Shown: positions 51,340 through 59,813 of the stretch, piece by piece
Position numbering within the stretch: the stretch's first letter is position 1
Layout: every line of letters begins with the position of its first letter
From: an uncultured Pseudomonadota bacterium
GTDB taxonomy: Bacteria; Pseudomonadota; Alphaproteobacteria; RF32; CAG-239
Reading direction: 5' to 3'
NCBI GenBank assembly: GCA_949289935.1
Contig: CASEQD010000005.1
Coordinates: 66,655-130,654, forward strand
DNA: 64,000 nt
Notes under the pieces: generated by a model
Seen by the model: only the letters and a program-made list of their open reading frames with translations
What the model was told of the DNA's origin: nothing
Databases searched by the model: none
Translations under genes and position numbers: made by a program

Positions 51340-52701
51340 TTAAGAAATGCTTCTGATAAGTTTTTTCAGTTTGTCAAATTTATCTTTGCCGATTGGCTTG
51401 TCGGCATCTTCAAGAGCTTTGGCAAAGAGCTTGATTTCTCTCGGCGTGCCTCTGTCTATCCGCGTAACGTTTATTCCCATTTCGTCCCAGATTTCAAACA
51501 TGTCTTCGGCATTGATGATATTGCCGATCTGAATGACGACATAAGCGCTGACGGCATATTTGAGCCCTTCGGATTGAAGTCTTTCTTCCAAAAACTTTTT
51601 GGCCAGATCAACTTTGCGCACCGGAGAAATCCGATGGCTGTTTTCCGAAAACCACAAAGGTTCTTCATCATTGAAGCGTTCTTCATCGGCCAGCCAGTCG
51701 CCGGGTTCTTTATCAATCAGACACAGGCAGATTTTGGATTCGGATACGCCGATAAAATCAATCAGATTATTTTTGATTGTGGCGCCGTTGATTGTTTCAT
51801 AACCGTGTTGGCGGATAACGTCAAGAGAAGAGTTTCCGCTTTTGGAGGAAGAAGGATTTTTGGCCTGTACCGCATTTTTGCCGGAAGAAGCTGCCGGAGA
51901 GTTGTTTTTGTTGTTTTTGCGCTCCCGGCGGCTGTTTGCGCCAAGATTTTCTTCCCTGGCTTTTTCGGGAGAAAAAGGCGGAATCCGCTGAGGCTCTTTT
52001 TCTTCTTTTGCCGGTTCTGAAGAAGCTTTGTCAAAATCAAAATCGTCAATATTAAAGTCAAAGTCTTCATCTTTGTCATCCATACTGAACAGAGAATGAC
52101 TGAATTGCTTGGGAGCTGCAGCCGGAGCGGAAGCGGGAACGGCTGCCGCCGCTGGTTGAATCTTTTGAACGGGTGAAAGCAGGGGCGTATTGGCCGCGTC
52201 GACGGCCGCAGTTAAGGGCTTTACGCGGGGAGAAGCACTGATGAGCTTGCCTTTTGCGGCAGGTTCGGGACGATCGTCCAGCGGCATGGTCAGACTTCGT
52301 GGGCGGATTTCTTTATAAGATTTTTTCTTTTTTGATTTTTTAGCCGAAGAACTGCTGTTGGCAATAATGCGCACCGGCCGGAAAAAAAGTTTTTGAATGA
52401 GCCGCCACGGATACATTCCCAGCTTGAACATATGATTTTCCCACTTAATCATGCTGAGAGCCGCCCAACCGCACAGCCAAAGGGGAATGAAAGTTAAAAT
52501 AATCAGAATAAAAGCCCATTCTTTCGGCGTATCAATCACCCAGCCGGACATCCACAAATTCCAGGCATGATGCCAATGAGCGGTTTGAAACATGTCAAAA
52601 TGCCAGTTTGTGAGCATGATAACCCTTATCCCCTCAATGAAGAACACGCTCCAAAAGAGGCCGACGCACATAATTCTGGTTAAAATAACAAGGGGTTTCA
52701 A
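51340..52701 (-). CDS. polytopic membrane protein with long disordered linker and C-terminal NERD-like (tentative) domain
   Basis: The N-terminal TM domain is paralogous to that of 52757-53245. The C-terminus LIDFIGVSESKICLCLIDKEPGDWLADE...WF...SPVRK loosely fits the NERD/restriction-endonuclease-like pattern. TTG start is uncertain. Confidence 0.5.
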   Translation of the reverse strand: MKPLVILTRIMCVGLFWSVFFIEGIRVIMLTNWHFDMFQTAHWHHAWNLWMSGWVIDTPKEWAFILIILTFIPLWLCGWAALSMIKWENHMFKLGMYPWRLIQKLFFRPVRIIANSSSSAKKSKKKKSYKEIRPRSLTMPLDDRPEPAAKGKLISASPRVKPLTAAVDAANTPLLSPVQKIQPAAAAVPASAPAAAPKQFSHSLFSMDDKDEDFDFNIDDFDFDKASSEPAKEEKEPQRIPPFSPEKAREENLGANSRRERKNNKNNSPAASSGKNAVQAKNPSSSKSGNSSLDVIRQHGYETINGATIKNNLIDFIGVSESKICLCLIDKEPGDWLADEERFNDEEPLWFSENSHRISPVRKVDLAKKFLEERLQSEGLKYAVSAYVVIQIGNIINAEDMFEIWDEMGINVTRIDRGTPREIKLFAKALEDADKPIGKDKFDKLKKLIRSIS

Positions 52702-52756
52702 TGCAGTCCTTTCAAAAGTTTTTCTTTAAGGCTAACACATTTTGGTTAACAAGAAC

Positions 52757-53245
52757 TTATTTTTCCGAACGAATTTTTCCGGCGATGTTTTCTCTTATTT
52801 TGCTGGTTTCTTTTTCTTCATCAAGTTTTTTTTCAAAATCTTTGAGCTTTTGAGCGATAATTTGTTTTTGATCTGGTTCTTCGCTCTTGGTGCCGATGTT
52901 GTGCAATACGATTCGCGTACCGCCGCCGTATTTTTTCAAAACGCGCTCGTCATGCCATTTGAAAGGCAGAGCCAGTATCTCGGAGATTTTTGTTCGGTAA
53001 AGTTTTTTCCAGCCCCAGCTCCAGAGAGCAAAAGCCGCAATAAAAGAAAGAACAAACAAAAAATCCGTTCCGCTTTTGATTTTTCCGCCGCTGTTCCAAA
53101 AATTGCTGATAATTTGCCAGTCGCTGCGGCTGAAAATATCAAAATGCCAGATAAAAGAACAAATAAAATGAAAGAGCATTAAAAAGACATAAGTCCATGC
53201 CGCGCCGACAAAAACAAGTTTCAGAAGCTTACCGAATTTTTTCAT
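52757..53245 (-). CDS. small polytopic membrane protein, paralog of the N-terminal domain of 51340-52701
   Basis: Shared motifs are WHFD[IM]F, W[NM]SG and LWxxGW in the same order. Confidence 0.55.
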   Translation of the reverse strand: MKKFGKLLKLVFVGAAWTYVFLMLFHFICSFIWHFDIFSRSDWQIISNFWNSGGKIKSGTDFLFVLSFIAAFALWSWGWKKLYRTKISEILALPFKWHDERVLKKYGGGTRIVLHNIGTKSEEPDQKQIIAQKLKDFEKKLDEEKETSKIRENIAGKIRSEK

Positions 53246-53248
53246 ATT

Positions 53249-54730
53249 TTACCTGCCGCCGCCCAGGCCGTATTGGTTGCGCAGCATTTGCGTCAGCTGC
53301 TGATCGGGTTTTCCGTCAATGCCGGTAGACACATAATGCGGATCGCTCAAACGCCTTCTGAGCTCATCTCGTTTCTGGTCGCGCTGGGCTTCTTTGGCAA
53401 GCCTTTGCTGCCGTTTTACCGGATCATTCATAATCCGGGCTCTGGCCTGTTCAAGCTGCCGCCGCCGGTTTTCCAGATTAATCCGGCGGGCTTCTTCGGT
53501 ATATTCCCGCGACTGCAGGTTTTCCATTTCCCGCGAAATCGCCTGGTCAAAATCCTGAGCCATCAGCATGCTCTCCAGCATATTGGCCGGTGCTGCGTTG
53601 ACATCAATTCCCTGCAACAGGTTGTTCAGCTCTTCCCAGGCTTTATTTTGTTTCGGCTGGCCGTATTTTTTACCGGTCATGGAGCGGTAAACCCGGCGGT
53701 ACCATGCATTGTTCTTTTTGGCATAACCGTCGAAGCGTCCGGCTTTCAGATGTTTGTCCTGAGCTTCAAACGCCTTTTGGGCGGCGCTGAGCAATTTGCC
53801 GCTCAATACCGTTGTATTGCCGCCGTTTTCCGCCGCCAGACTCAGGGCTTTGGCAAATTTTGCCAGCCCTTCCTTTCGCAGTTGTTCAAAGGCATTGTCA
53901 TTGCCGTTGGGATGTTGAAAGTTTTTGTCCTGCATTTTGGGGTCGGTCATGGCTGTTGCGGCATACAAATAAGAAAACTGCATGGCGGCAATCATGTTGT
54001 CTTTCATGTTGTCCTGACATTTCTGAATGCGCTTTTTGTCAAAAAATTTGTTAAAATCTTTTTCCGGCATGTTTTTAATTAATGTTTTGGTTTTTTCCGG
54101 CAGATCGGTCTCATCAACTTTACCTTCGCGGATTTTGTCGCAAAGTTCAACCAGGCCGTTGTAATTTTCAAATTTATCCGTTTTCTTTTTGGATTCTTCC
54201 AAAGCCTTGTTGCCGTATTTGTCCCGCCACTGGTATGCCTCATGTTTTTCCAGATCGCGGGTTTTGTTTTTTTCGGCATCTCTTTTGAAATTGTCTCTCA
54301 CATGCCTGTAATAGCCGGTTTTTATCTTTTTTGACGTCCATGTCCACAAAAAGTTTGCACCGCCGATAAGCCAGTCCTTGTACATATAATCAATAACGTC
54401 GCCTTCCTGGAAAGGACCTTTGTCTTCATCGCCGTCTTCTTCTTTGTCATCGGGTTTTCGCTCAATTTCGGGGCCGTCCCCGCCTTTTTCGGTCTCATCT
54501 TCTTTTTGAGGCGTTTTTTTTGTTTCTTCTTTTTGAGCCTCGTTGATTTTTGTTTCCCGGGGCAGCTCGTTAACCGTGGTTTCTTTAACGTTTTCGTTGA
54601 AAGTCGTCTCGTTGCTTTCTTCGTTAACCGTGGTTTCCTTATCGGGAACCTGGTTGAAAGTAGTCGTTTGCTGCTTGTCAGGCTCCGGAGCGGATCCTTC
54701 CGAAACGTTGAGTGTTGCATTATCAGACAT
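53249..54730 (-). CDS. hypothetical highly charged protein with N-terminal (K/R/Q)ETT(V/F)NE repeats
   Basis: 493 aa with no TM or known domain. Its stop lies 3 nt from the next start. Confidence 0.55.
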   Translation of the reverse strand: MSDNATLNVSEGSAPEPDKQQTTTFNQVPDKETTVNEESNETTFNENVKETTVNELPRETKINEAQKEETKKTPQKEDETEKGGDGPEIERKPDDKEEDGDEDKGPFQEGDVIDYMYKDWLIGGANFLWTWTSKKIKTGYYRHVRDNFKRDAEKNKTRDLEKHEAYQWRDKYGNKALEESKKKTDKFENYNGLVELCDKIREGKVDETDLPEKTKTLIKNMPEKDFNKFFDKKRIQKCQDNMKDNMIAAMQFSYLYAATAMTDPKMQDKNFQHPNGNDNAFEQLRKEGLAKFAKALSLAAENGGNTTVLSGKLLSAAQKAFEAQDKHLKAGRFDGYAKKNNAWYRRVYRSMTGKKYGQPKQNKAWEELNNLLQGIDVNAAPANMLESMLMAQDFDQAISREMENLQSREYTEEARRINLENRRRQLEQARARIMNDPVKRQQRLAKEAQRDQKRDELRRRLSDPHYVSTGIDGKPDQQLTQMLRNQYGLGGGR

Positions 54731-54808
54731 GTTTTTTTATCCTTGCAGAAATAAATCTTTCCATTGTTAATATTCTAACATTGTTTTTCTGTTTTGTCTA
54801 TATTTTTT

Positions 54809-55714
54809 CTAAGCTTTCAGTTTTTTCAAAAAATCGCCGATAAGCCGGTTTATTCTGATGCCGTCCTGAGGCTTGACTTTTATCAGCCCGAAGAAGCGGG
54901 GTTTTATTTTGCTGAAATCGATAGGGGCAAAAACAGCCGGATTTTGAGTAAGGACTTTATAAGCGCCGTCGGCGTCTTTTTGGGCGGTTTTGAAATAATT
55001 TTTAACCAGGCGTTCGGCATCTACCGGAAAATTTTTTTCTTTAATGGCTTCAATATAACGATTAATGCGGGCAATACGCTTTTGATGTTCTTCATAAATT
55101 TCACGTTCCAGTTTTTTTTTCTCATGTTTGAGCTTGCGTTCTTTATATGAAATTTCGCACCCTTCCATTTCAATCAGAATTTCCACATATGAAATCAGGG
55201 CAAACTGTAGAGCGTCGTCGTCGCAGCTTTCGGCGGTTGTCAAAATTTCTTCGTCGCTGGCGTTCGGGTTGATTTTTTCTTTAATTTCGGGATGAGATTT
55301 AATCATAACATCCCAGCCCCGGACGGTATCTTCGGCAATCATTTTGCCCGTGCTTGGTTTGTAGTTTGGGTAAAGCATGTTCGCCTCAAGCCGGAATACC
55401 GGGGTTTTCAAATGAAAATCATCAGCCAGAATGTCAATAGCGTCTTTGTAATTACGATAAGCTTTGAAAAGAGCTTTTTCATTTTTTTTCAAAAAAGATA
55501 TTTCTTTGTCGTCTTCATCCGTCAGCGTTGAGTCGGAATTCAAATCTTCCGGCTGGTCGGAACCGGTTGCGGGCGTTTCGGCGGCAATCGGGGAAACATC
55601 CTCGGCGGCAGCCTGTTTTGGGGCTGCGGGTGTGGTCTCAATATCAACATCCTCAAGCTGGGTGTTGATAAAATCGTTTAACATTTTTTCAAATTCAGCA
55701 TCATCATTGTTCAT
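54809..55714 (-). CDS. hypothetical acidic protein
   Basis: 301 aa, same strand and cluster. No recognisable domain. Confidence 0.5.
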   Translation of the reverse strand: MNNDDAEFEKMLNDFINTQLEDVDIETTPAAPKQAAAEDVSPIAAETPATGSDQPEDLNSDSTLTDEDDKEISFLKKNEKALFKAYRNYKDAIDILADDFHLKTPVFRLEANMLYPNYKPSTGKMIAEDTVRGWDVMIKSHPEIKEKINPNASDEEILTTAESCDDDALQFALISYVEILIEMEGCEISYKERKLKHEKKKLEREIYEEHQKRIARINRYIEAIKEKNFPVDAERLVKNYFKTAQKDADGAYKVLTQNPAVFAPIDFSKIKPRFFGLIKVKPQDGIRINRLIGDFLKKLKA

Positions 55715-55735
55715 GGTCTTTGGAATTCCTTAAAG

Positions 55736-56020
55736 TTAATAGAGGCTGACGGTTGAAACTTTTTTGCCCGTGTCCGGGTCGAAAATAACAATCCTGTCGG
55801 CAAGGGCGCCGCCTTTAACGACAATACAAATATATTCCTGACATTCTAACATATTGTTAATGAAACTGCCGTCCGCTTCTCCGAGATTTATATTTCTTTC
55901 AATTTCAGCCGGTTTGTTGTTCAGCCGCCGGTAAAGGGTTGTCAGCATGAACAGGCTGCCGGCAATCAGCAGAAAAGTCATCGCGACGACGGCAATTTTA
56001 ATGAGCTTCAGTTTATCCAT
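55736..56020 (-). CDS. small N-terminally membrane-anchored hypothetical protein
   Basis: I chose ATG 56020 after AAGGA. There is one TM helix, IKIAVVAMTFLLIAGSLFMLTTL. Confidence 0.5.
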   Translation of the reverse strand: MDKLKLIKIAVVAMTFLLIAGSLFMLTTLYRRLNNKPAEIERNINLGEADGSFINNMLECQEYICIVVKGGALADRIVIFDPDTGKKVSTVSLY

Positions 56021-56097
56021 AAATCTTTTCCTTGCCAAATGTTTAAAAACTTGTCATCTTTATTCAGAGTAAGGGAAATAAAGTTAATTTTTGACAA

Positions 56098-57078
56098 ATG
56101 AAAGAAACAAAAGAAGATAATATTTTAACAACCCCCGTTGTCGCGGCGGCGGAAGAAGGGCGGCGTCTTGACAAATATCTTTCGGACTGCTTTCCCGAAA
56201 TGTCTCGTTCCCGCCTGCAAAAGCTCATAACGGAAGGAAATGTATCGGCGGATGAAGTTGTTGTTGTCGATAATGCGCGGAAAATAAAAGCCGGCGATTC
56301 TTTTCAGGTTTTTGTACCCGAGGCGGAAGATGCGGTTCCTCAGGCTGAAGATATTCCGCTTGACGTTGTTTATGAAGACAACGATCTGCTGGTTGTAAAC
56401 AAACCGGCAGGTATGACGGTTCATCCCGCGCCTGGCTCTCGCAGCGGAACACTCGTCAATGCGCTGCTTTTTCATTGTCGGAACAGTCTTTCAGGCATTG
56501 GCGGCGTAAGGCGTCCGGGCATCGTCCATCGTATAGACAAAGACACCAGCGGCCTGCTTGTGGTGGCCAAAAACGATAAAGCGCACGGTTGTTTGTGCGA
56601 ACAATTTGCTGAACATTCCGTCGAGCGGACTTATTATGCCGTGGTCTATGGCATTCCCAACCCGCTTTCGGGAAGAATTGAAGGAAACATCGGGCGTAGC
56701 CCGTATGACCGTAAAAAAATGGCCGTATTGAAAAACGGCGGCCGTTTTGCTGCAACCAACTACAAAACGCAGGAAGTATTTCAAATGACGGCGGCTTTGG
56801 TGCAGTGCCGGTTGGAAACCGGACGCACGCATCAGATTCGCGTGCATATGTCTTCAATCGGATGTCCGCTTATAGGCGATAAAGTTTATGAAAAAGCGCA
56901 CAAAAGCACGCACCCGGCAACTCCGGAAGTCAGAAAGTATATAAACTCTTTTCCCCGTCAGGCGCTTCATGCGGCCACATTGGGTTTTATTCATCCGTCC
57001 ACGGGAAAATTTCTGAAATTCGAAACGGATTTTCCGGAAGATATGGTTGGATTGTTGTCGGTTCTCAGGGGTGTTTGA
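56098..57078 (+). CDS. rluD: 23S rRNA pseudouridine synthase, RluA family (RluD-like)
   Basis: N-terminal S4 domain, catalytic motif HRIDKDTSGLLVVAK, and GRTHQIRVH. Confidence 0.85.
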   Translation: MKETKEDNILTTPVVAAAEEGRRLDKYLSDCFPEMSRSRLQKLITEGNVSADEVVVVDNARKIKAGDSFQVFVPEAEDAVPQAEDIPLDVVYEDNDLLVVNKPAGMTVHPAPGSRSGTLVNALLFHCRNSLSGIGGVRRPGIVHRIDKDTSGLLVVAKNDKAHGCLCEQFAEHSVERTYYAVVYGIPNPLSGRIEGNIGRSPYDRKKMAVLKNGGRFAATNYKTQEVFQMTAALVQCRLETGRTHQIRVHMSSIGCPLIGDKVYEKAHKSTHPATPEVRKYINSFPRQALHAATLGFIHPSTGKFLKFETDFPEDMVGLLSVLRGV

Positions 57079-57092
57079 ACGGTGTGGAATAC

Positions 57093-57575
57093 TTAAGAAA
57101 TATGTTTATTGTTAAGTTCGCTGCCCCATTCGTCAGCCAATTTTTTCAGGCGCTCGTCGATTCTCTCAATTTGCCGCTTTCTCAAATTCTTAATGTAAGA
57201 AGCATAAAAGAAAGGCGCTTCATTATATAGAATTAACCCGATTCCGGCGGAAAGCAGCATAAAAATCAGGTTAAAAATATCGCTGGCGATTGAAACGGCG
57301 TGATTAACCGAAAAATTGTTGAGAATATTGAACAAATAGAAAAAAACACCCGCAATGTTAAAACAGCCGACAATCATCTGCTTATCATAGTTGTTTTTGT
57401 CCGTCACCATAACCGTAATGGTCGGAAGCAAACCGATAAACAACACCAGCACAATGGGAAAAGATGAAAAAATCAGCAAAGCCGCGGCCAAAAGCAGCAA
57501 AGCTTTTTGAAAGCGGGTCAGCCTTTTGAATGTCTTTTTTGTTTGTGTATTGTTTTTATTTGTTTTCTGTATCAT
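57093..57575 (-). CDS. small polytopic membrane protein, translationally coupled to the pseudokinase gene
   Basis: ATG 57575 overlaps the upstream stop (ATGA). Three or four TM helices. Confidence 0.55.
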   Translation of the reverse strand: MIQKTNKNNTQTKKTFKRLTRFQKALLLLAAALLIFSSFPIVLVLFIGLLPTITVMVTDKNNYDKQMIVGCFNIAGVFFYLFNILNNFSVNHAVSIASDIFNLIFMLLSAGIGLILYNEAPFFYASYIKNLRKRQIERIDERLKKLADEWGSELNNKHIS

Positions 57576-59677
57576 TGCAATACCCACATGGTTAAATTAT
57601 AAGCAAAGGAGGCCAGCATAATGAACATTGAAATAAAAGATAAGGCTTTAATGGCGGTTTCCCGGCAGGAAAGTTCCAAATGCTCGTCTTCCGTCAGATA
57701 TTTGTTTTTTTTCAAGACCAGTGAATTGGCCTCGCTCAGGGCAGCGGCATAATCCGTCCGGTCTTTATAGAGGGCGTCTTCGTTTTCAAGCAGATTGATT
57801 ATATCAAACAAACGTCCTTTTTTATAAACTTTCAACAATTCCCGTTCCAGATATTTTTGATAGCGCCGGTTATGATAAATCTGCACGATGGGAAGAGAAA
57901 TGCTGGCCGTCCATTTTGCCAGATTAATAAGGATGGCGGGGCCGTGTTTGTTTTGAATGTTTGAATATAAATGCAAAATGGCGCTGGCTTTGATTTCTTC
58001 TTTTGAAGAATTCAGGTCGGAAATAATATTTTCGACTTTTTTCCCGATTTTGCTGCGCAAATAAGCAATAATACTCCGGTCATAAGGCATGGTATCCTTG
58101 TCGGAATCTTTATAATTGTTGTTAATGGCTCTGAGCAGGGGCGCCGGCCCGTCAACAAATTCTTTGCCGAGCAGAGGGCTGGCACAGGGCAGGTCGTCGT
58201 CAAAATCATAAATAACGCGTTCCAGCCCGTAGCCGATGTCTCGCCGGTTAATGCAGCTTCTGAATTCTGAAGCATTGGCCGGAGAACGCAGGTTGCTTTG
58301 TTCCTGATACCACATTTTAATCAGATCCGTATTAAAGATTTCGGCAAAGAGCGAAAGGTTTTTTTGTTCTTTCATAGCCATAAAAACAGCTTTCGGCAAA
58401 CCGTTCGGAAAAAATGTCATTCCCTTGTAACGGATGGGAAAAGAAGGGCAGATAACAACGCAGGTTCTGGCCACCAGCAAATCTTTATTCGGCGCCGCGC
58501 CGGCAGATTGCCCGAGAATGTTTTCCACTTTTGTTTTCAATTTATCATTGTCCAGAATATTTTTTACCCATTCCGTAATTTTTCCACCGGAAATAATTTC
58601 ATAAGCTTCTTCAATATTGCTGTAAAGGGCGTAAACAACTTCTGCCGGCGAATAAACCTTTTCCCCGCCGATTAAAAGCGAACGTTTTGGTTTTTCTTCC
58701 GCCGCCAGAGAAGGATGGGAGGATGCTTTCCCTTCCAGAGCATTATAAACCTGAGAATACCCCCAGCGATTGTCTGAGGAATCGCTGAGCAGCCCTTTAA
58801 GAACAGCAACATAAGCCGGAGAAATTTTTTGCTTCTCGGTCAGTGCCAGAAAACTGCTTTTTTTCATTTTTTTATACAAAACTTCGGCAGCAGAAGCGGC
58901 GGTAACGGGTTCCTTTCCTGAAATCAGACTCAAAGCGGTAACGCCGATAGCATAAAAATCATCTTTTTCGGAGCCGTTTCCCCGGGCTTCCGGGGCTGCA
59001 TAAAGATTTTCGATGGTTTCAAAAGCCGGCGGCTGGTGATAAGCGGGAAAAGAAGCGGCGCAATCGCCGAGAACGATTTCCGTTCTCTCGGAATCTTTGA
59101 AATACAGGTTATCGCAACGGATGGCCCGATGTGTAATGCCGTGCCCTTTCAAGGTATCTGCCAGACTCAAAAAGCCGAGAATTGTCGTCTTAAACGTTTC
59201 AAAAGAAATTTCCCCGAGAATGGAAACACCGTTTACAAAAACTTTTCCGCCCAGCGGAACAGTATAAATCAAAGCCATGCACTGGCTTTTTTCCACCGGG
59301 TTGTCAACAACGCCGTATTCCACCAGTTTCATCAAGTGCGGAATTGAGGTGGATTTCAAAAAAGACAAAATGGACAGCCTGGGAGATGTAAGGTTGCTGC
59401 AAACCAGAGCAAAAAGTTTTTTTGTGGCATCAATCCTGTCAACGGCGGCATAAGCTTTTCCGCTGTTGTTGTCAAGCCAGGGCATCGGGTTTGAAAAATC
59501 AATTTCATACCGTTCTTTGAGCAGAAATTTCTCATCAAAATCCCGTTCTGCTTCCTGAACCTGTTCTTGCTCATTTTCGGCATAATCCCGGACTTCTTCG
59601 GAAATTTCATTTTCTGAAACCTGAACATTTTCTGCATTTTCAATAGGTTCGTTCTTTTCTTCTTCTGCTGCGGCCAT
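57572..59677 (-). CDS. C-terminally membrane-anchored protein with degenerate Ser/Thr protein-kinase-like domain (pseudokinase)
   Basis: Kinase-like HRAIRCDNLYF (HRD Asp replaced by Ala), LGDCAAS in place of DFG, APE motif (YAAPEARG), and DFYAIGVTALSLISGKEP. No Gly-rich loop or VAIK Lys is evident. The C-terminal TM is ALSFISMFIMLASFAYNL. Confidence 0.6.
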   Translation of the reverse strand: MAAAEEEKNEPIENAENVQVSENEISEEVRDYAENEQEQVQEAERDFDEKFLLKERYEIDFSNPMPWLDNNSGKAYAAVDRIDATKKLFALVCSNLTSPRLSILSFLKSTSIPHLMKLVEYGVVDNPVEKSQCMALIYTVPLGGKVFVNGVSILGEISFETFKTTILGFLSLADTLKGHGITHRAIRCDNLYFKDSERTEIVLGDCAASFPAYHQPPAFETIENLYAAPEARGNGSEKDDFYAIGVTALSLISGKEPVTAASAAEVLYKKMKKSSFLALTEKQKISPAYVAVLKGLLSDSSDNRWGYSQVYNALEGKASSHPSLAAEEKPKRSLLIGGEKVYSPAEVVYALYSNIEEAYEIISGGKITEWVKNILDNDKLKTKVENILGQSAGAAPNKDLLVARTCVVICPSFPIRYKGMTFFPNGLPKAVFMAMKEQKNLSLFAEIFNTDLIKMWYQEQSNLRSPANASEFRSCINRRDIGYGLERVIYDFDDDLPCASPLLGKEFVDGPAPLLRAINNNYKDSDKDTMPYDRSIIAYLRSKIGKKVENIISDLNSSKEEIKASAILHLYSNIQNKHGPAILINLAKWTASISLPIVQIYHNRRYQKYLERELLKVYKKGRLFDIINLLENEDALYKDRTDYAAALSEANSLVLKKNKYLTEDEHLELSCRETAIKALSFISMFIMLASFAYNLTMWVLQ

Positions 59678-59813
59678 GTTGAAATTACTCTGTTTAATTA
59701 TTCTTTTGCACAGTTTAATTTAATTTTATTAATAAAGCGCAAATTTTTATTTATTGTTTTTTAAAAAATAAGACATTAGTATAAACATGTTTAAGTTTAA
59801 GGAAGAAATTTCT

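Noticed and set aside
49482-54082. Long plus-strand ORFs (49482-50564, 51163-52020, 53273-54082) opposite the VirD4-like cluster
   Set aside because: These are antisense shadows. Their sequences are repetitive, hydrophobic or Arg-rich with no motifs, whereas the minus-strand frames have Walker motifs, TM domains and tight operon spacing. The same reasoning applies to 16610-17458, 23529-24158, 33769-34416 and 38308-38997.
49128-56038. The VirD4-like cluster as part of an integrative conjugative element, prophage or complete T4SS
   Set aside because: No integrase, relaxase, VirB/Trb/Dot-Icm channel components, phage genes or tRNA/att-like direct repeats are visible. The flanks are core genes.
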